Shown in pieces: positions 59,517 to 64,000 of a stretch of 64,000 bases of DNA (positions within the stretch are counted from its first letter, which is position 1; each line of letters begins with the position of its first letter). Source of the stretch: Amphiscolops sp. MND2022 (taxonomy: Eukaryota); the NCBI GenBank assembly GCA_964187785.1, contig OZ076409.1:56918001-56982000 (forward strand). Reading direction: 5' to 3'. Made by a program: the position numbers and the translations under genes. The notes under the pieces were generated by a model. It saw only the letters and a program-made list of their open reading frames with translations, was not told the origin of the DNA and searched no databases.

Positions 59517-60590
59517 CCAGGCGTGCACTTTGGCGAAAGAATTGCCGATTTTGAGAAATTTTGCGAAAAATTATACACTTTTCGTAAGTGTAGTTGCGAG
59601 TGAAGGTTTAAACGACCCTAGTTCTACACCATAGCACGTCCCATTGAAGTAATCAGAATAGAGCTAGCTCAACCCTAAAATCTTGGGTTTGTCAAAAAGC
59701 TGTCTACAAGACATAGGAGGGCCAAACACAAAAATAGTATTTTCTCTCCCAACGGCCACCAGGGTCACCTAAGTGCGAACTGATAGGTGCATTCACATTT
59801 GCCTCGACTGAAAAATGACGCGAGAGAGCTAGAACGCAATTAGGAGTTCTCTAGGAGACCTGGATAGTGGACGCGGTGCGTCTCGAGACAGAAAATTGAG
59901 TATAGTAGCATTTGAAATTGTAAAGAACTGTGTTTCCATTGATCGTGCTACGATCAGATCACGATAACTCTCTTGTTTGAAAGTGTCCTAACACCTACTC
60001 ACCCCCAAGGTCTAGTTCCCAACACCCCTTGTTGTAGCAACACCACAGGTGCTCTCCTACTAAAAGTCAGTACGAGTGACATAGTGTACGCTCCCAGAAG
60101 AAAAGCGCGGTGAATTCTTGAATAAATCTCTGCAATGTTCTGATAGCGCGCCAAAACCTTTAGTTGTCCCGACCACATAGCCTGTGGCTGGATAAAGCGT
60201 AGTTTAGTGGGAGTAACTGTAAACAAAAAAAACTTAAAAAGCTTAACTTTGAATTTGCGTAGAATAACTATCTCCAGTTAGTGGGGAAACAAACCTTTCT
60301 GTTCTGATTTGTGGTGACTAACACCAGTGCATGTAATCTTGAGTTAGTGCATGTAATTAGGAGTGTGAAGTTTATGACAGTCAGCTGATCTCGAAATAGA
60401 ATCAAGAGGGCGATCACGAGCTACAAACTCCATAACTTAATAGTACGACAGTTTAGTTAGAATATCTGAGAATAGGATATCAAAACTTTCGTTTTGAGTT
60501 GCCTTTAATTCAATTTGTTGAAGAGAAGGAGTGAGTGAAAGACGAAAGAAAATCTAATTTAGTTGAGCTGCAAAAACTGTGCAAGTAAAA

Positions 60591-63500
60591 ATGAGTTTGA
60601 GTGAGTGGGAATATTTGTTATTCGTGAGTGAGACATCATTGGAGTCTAGTGAATTTCATGCTACCAATCCGTTCGCGAACAACATAGAAGAGTTGCATAC
60701 CCTGAGTACACAAGCTGAAATTGCACCGCTGGATATGATCGCCGACCTGTTTTTAGGCGACGTAATGTCAGATAACGTGTCTAACATTGAGCAAAATTCG
60801 CAAATTGCGCATACAGGCCAAGCAAATTCCTCAAAGATGTCCTTTGATAGCACCGAACTTGCTAATGAGACTCCCATGAACCACACCAACGTATGGCCTC
60901 CTCTGAACACTTCCGTGATTGTTACCGGGGACTGGCCGAACTCGAATAGAGAAGTAGCTACTAGCTCGGATATCAGTAAGTGGGTTGAGAATATGAATGT
61001 GGGCATGACTTTGGGAGAAATCACCCCTCACTTGAGCACGAGTGCGGACCCGCTGGGTTCCGGAGTATCAGTGTTTGATAGTAGTAGAAATACACTGGGT
61101 GACACTGCGATAGCTCCTTCGGAAAGTCAGCCGGGAAAGCGGAAGACCAGAAAAGGAGTCACTCTCCAGAATAATGCCTCCTTTACACCACCATTGCTGG
61201 GTCCCAGCACCTTACGGCTGGAACGCACGGCAACGCCCCAACACTCCAATGCCGGCAGTGCAGCATCCCCAAATTCGATGATCACCAGAGGTATCAAAGA
61301 AACTGAAGCCATACGAGAAGATTTTGGACGTAGTATGGAACAATTGAAACGAGTCCAAGTAAAGTTGGCTCAGGAAAACATTGACCATGTCCGTCGGGCA
61401 GAAGTTCTGGTGATGGAAGTAGAAGAGTTACGAAAGGAGGTGAGTGAGATCAAGATGGAAGGACGAGTCAACCAGGGCAAGATAGAAACGTCCGTGGCAT
61501 CAGTCAAGGACCTGACGGAAAAACGTATATCGGAGATGACGGCAATAATGGTGCAAAGAGATCAGCAAGCGGATGAGCGCCTAAAACACATGTCCGAAAT
61601 GATGCACCACAGAGATTTAGATGTCGACAAACGCATGGTGGACCTCATGACTACGGTCCAGGATTTAACCCTAGGGGTGAAGACCGAAGTAGCGACGATA
61701 CCAAACCGTCCCTCACCCGTGCCGGTGGCATCAAACCCTGCAGACATATCATCTACGAGTGCGTTTCCTATTCAGCACCCCTCCTATCGAGAAGTTGCCA
61801 AACGCCAATGTGTGACGAAACCGGATCAGACAAAACACCCAAAGTTACAACCACCCGCAACGTACAAAAAGGTGCCGATAAAAACCCAATTGTCAACAGC
61901 CAGTCAAACTGAAGTACAGCGCTGCGACATATCAGGCCCTCCTTCATTCGACCCATATGCTAGAGGTGCCTCAACGACTGGAGATTATTACTCAGCAGCC
62001 AGCGACCAAATGCATAATAACATGAAAACAGCATCAGGAAGTACCGAATATCAAACTGCTATTTCGTCAATGCTTGGCGCAAAACGCTCAATGCTACCCC
62101 ATAGTAACGACCAATTACGGCCATTGGCCTCTAGCACGCAAAGGAAGACAATCTCGAGAAGGAACCTGAACACTGGAACGGTGGAAGGAGCTGCCAAGGA
62201 CAAGGACAATGCTCCGAACGCTATACACAGCCAAGCGTTGGCGGAAGCAATAACCACTGCGATGTCCAAGGGTCTGGAGCCATTATTAGCAGCTAAAGAA
62301 TCTAAGAACAAACCTACCAAGTATCGTCGCACACGCGATGGAATAGTGGATGGTTGGCTAATGCTGTTGAGGCGTTACCTGGAAAAAGCCCATGCAAAAG
62401 ACACTCCTTTAGACAGAGCATGGACCATTGTGGAGTTCCTAGAAAATGAAGCACAGGACTATATTAAGAATAAATCAGAAGCGGAACGCGATACTGATGA
62501 AAAAGTCTTCGCGCTGCTAGCACGAAGATTTGGATCAGGATGTAATAAGATCCAAATACAACAACAGTTCCGTACACGTAATCAGTCCCCGGATGAAGAC
62601 TACATGCAATACCTTGACGCATTGGAAGGTTTACGCAGCCAAGGTTTTCTTAACGAGGAAGTTGCGGTGAGGCGCTATGAAATTATGCAGAAGTTCATCG
62701 AAGGGGTACGAAGCTATGAGTTGAAACGAAACCTTGCACTCATGTATGCACAGGAACAGTATGTAGACACACCCCAAACTGTGGAGGCCTTACGATTCAC
62801 GGTACAACAATACCTGCGTATGCGTGATTCGACACGTTCGGAAAATTATCCTGCACCACAACAACAACAACAGCTGCCTGTCGCAGCGAACCCGCAAAAC
62901 CAAGCACAGGCACAAGCCCCTCAAGCGCCCAACGCCCAGCAACTCCCACAGCAGCCTCCAGCTTTCCGACAACAACCGCAGCGAACATGTTTCAACTGTG
63001 GAGATCCTTCACACTTTGCAGCTGATTGTCCGTTGAAAGACCGAGCACGGAAACCAGTACAGCACATAGTCAATTCGTGTCGCACGAACACAGCTGGAGA
63101 ATGGGTGTGCCCATCGAACCCACGCGGCATGAATGATGACTTAATGCCCGCAACCCTACCAGAACAAGGAACATCAGCATTTTGTGTTAATTGTGGTCAT
63201 GTAGGCCACGTGGCATCTGATTGTATGACGCCTCACAATGTTGCAACGGAAGAACAAGTAAAAGCGGCGTGGTACGCCCCGGTCGCAAACTCAACAGACT
63301 TTTGCGATTCAGAGGATCAAATAAGGGTGATCTCGACTTCAGAAGACGGAGGCCCATCACGTCCTGTGGTTGTAACTTGTGGTGAAAAACAAATCTTGAC
63401 GACACTTGAAGCACCAGCGCCTGACTGTACTGAAACACTAATATCCATCCATCTGTTGTTATCCGCGGAACAAAAGGCGCTTCCAAATCTCACATTAGCA

Positions 63501-64000
63501 CAATTGAAAGAAGAACTGTGCCGCAATACCAGTTTGACGATAGCTTCGCGACCACTACCCCACTTCACCAGGAATGATGAGACCAAGCTGGCCCAAATAA
63601 AGAGAGTGAAGACAATCGCGCCAGTCCCCGTAGCGATCACGGTTGATGGTGTGGACATGAGGTTTGATGCGGTTGTTGTCCTGGAAGGACACTTTCCGCA
63701 AGGCCTATATCTGGGCAGGCAAGAACTGCGTTGTTATAGCATTGGAGTGCAAGATGCACAAAGAGAGGCCCAGATTGATGAGCGAGCCTCGCTAGTAGTA
63801 GCATTCGGAACTCCTCTGCAAAAGCCGATACCACTTTTCGGCATGATTGAAACCGGTTCGGGAGTTTCCATCCTTTCATTGAGTGCGTACAAGAAGATTG
63901 CTTCCCAGCATACGCTGAGCCTATCACCATATGACGTTGAACTAACTCTTCGCTGCCAATGGCAAAAGTATCACCACCGTAGGTATAGCCGAAGATGTAA
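60591..64000 (+). CDS. gag: Gypsy-type Gag-protease polyprotein (over 1100 codons, runs off the window, absent from the ORF track)
   Basis: Manual translation from ATG 60591 has no stop to 64000. It gives a coiled-coil region, capsid-like KPTKY...DGWLMLLRRYL...LLARRFG...FRTRNQSPDED, knuckles CFNCGDPSHFAADC and CVNCGHVGHVASDC, and protease-like GMIETGSGVSIL. A 4-nt duplication near 63940 shifts the frame before LFAANGKSITTVG. Confidence 0.9.
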   Translation, partial: MSLSEWEYLLFVSETSLESSEFHATNPFANNIEELHTLSTQAEIAPLDMIADLFLGDVMSDNVSNIEQNSQIAHTGQANSSKMSFDSTELANETPMNHTNVWPPLNTSVIVTGDWPNSNREVATSSDISKWVENMNVGMTLGEITPHLSTSADPLGSGVSVFDSSRNTLGDTAIAPSESQPGKRKTRKGVTLQNNASFTPPLLGPSTLRLERTATPQHSNAGSAASPNSMITRGIKETEAIREDFGRSMEQLKRVQVKLAQENIDHVRRAEVLVMEVEELRKEVSEIKMEGRVNQGKIETSVASVKDLTEKRISEMTAIMVQRDQQADERLKHMSEMMHHRDLDVDKRMVDLMTTVQDLTLGVKTEVATIPNRPSPVPVASNPADISSTSAFPIQHPSYREVAKRQCVTKPDQTKHPKLQPPATYKKVPIKTQLSTASQTEVQRCDISGPPSFDPYARGASTTGDYYSAASDQMHNNMKTASGSTEYQTAISSMLGAKRSMLPHSNDQLRPLASSTQRKTISRRNLNTGTVEGAAKDKDNAPNAIHSQALAEAITTAMSKGLEPLLAAKESKNKPTKYRRTRDGIVDGWLMLLRRYLEKAHAKDTPLDRAWTIVEFLENEAQDYIKNKSEAERDTDEKVFALLARRFGSGCNKIQIQQQFRTRNQSPDEDYMQYLDALEGLRSQGFLNEEVAVRRYEIMQKFIEGVRSYELKRNLALMYAQEQYVDTPQTVEALRFTVQQYLRMRDSTRSENYPAPQQQQQLPVAANPQNQAQAQAPQAPNAQQLPQQPPAFRQQPQRTCFNCGDPSHFAADCPLKDRARKPVQHIVNSCRTNTAGEWVCPSNPRGMNDDLMPATLPEQGTSAFCVNCGHVGHVASDCMTPHNVATEEQVKAAWYAPVANSTDFCDSEDQIRVISTSEDGGPSRPVVVTCGEKQILTTLEAPAPDCTETLISIHLLLSAEQKALPNLTLAQLKEELCRNTSLTIASRPLPHFTRNDETKLAQIKRVKTIAPVPVAITVDGVDMRFDAVVVLEGHFPQGLYLGRQELRCYSIGVQDAQREAQIDERASLVVAFGTPLQKPIPLFGMIETGSGVSILSLSAYKKIASQHTLSLSPYDVELTLRCQWQKYHHRRYSRRC

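Overview
AT-rich, repeat-dense eukaryotic DNA, probably invertebrate, with no host gene I can support; all coordinates and comparisons were read by eye. It holds four LTR retrotransposons. (1) A gag-only Gypsy-like copy at 1-4916, whose gag starts inside a very long LTR and ends at a -1 frameshift signal. (2) A decayed full-length Gypsy at 10132-15186 (- strand, TSD CAGTT). (3) A very young BEL/Pao element at 36401-45380 (- strand, identical 350-bp LTRs, TSD ATGTG). (4) The 5' part of a Gypsy gag-protease ORF from 60591 that runs off the window and is missing from the ORF track. Between them are a DD37E Tc1/mariner relic, a Mutator/Foldback-like element, Helentron-like non-autonomous elements, tRNA-derived SINE-like heads and two near-identical tandem duplications. 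The best candidate for an undescribed system is the BEL/Pao element. It combines an intact extra SGNH/GDSL-hydrolase-like ORF upstream of gag, a tRNA-derived Pol III-type cassette in both LTRs, TG...TA termini and a hairpin minisatellite just after the primer-binding site.
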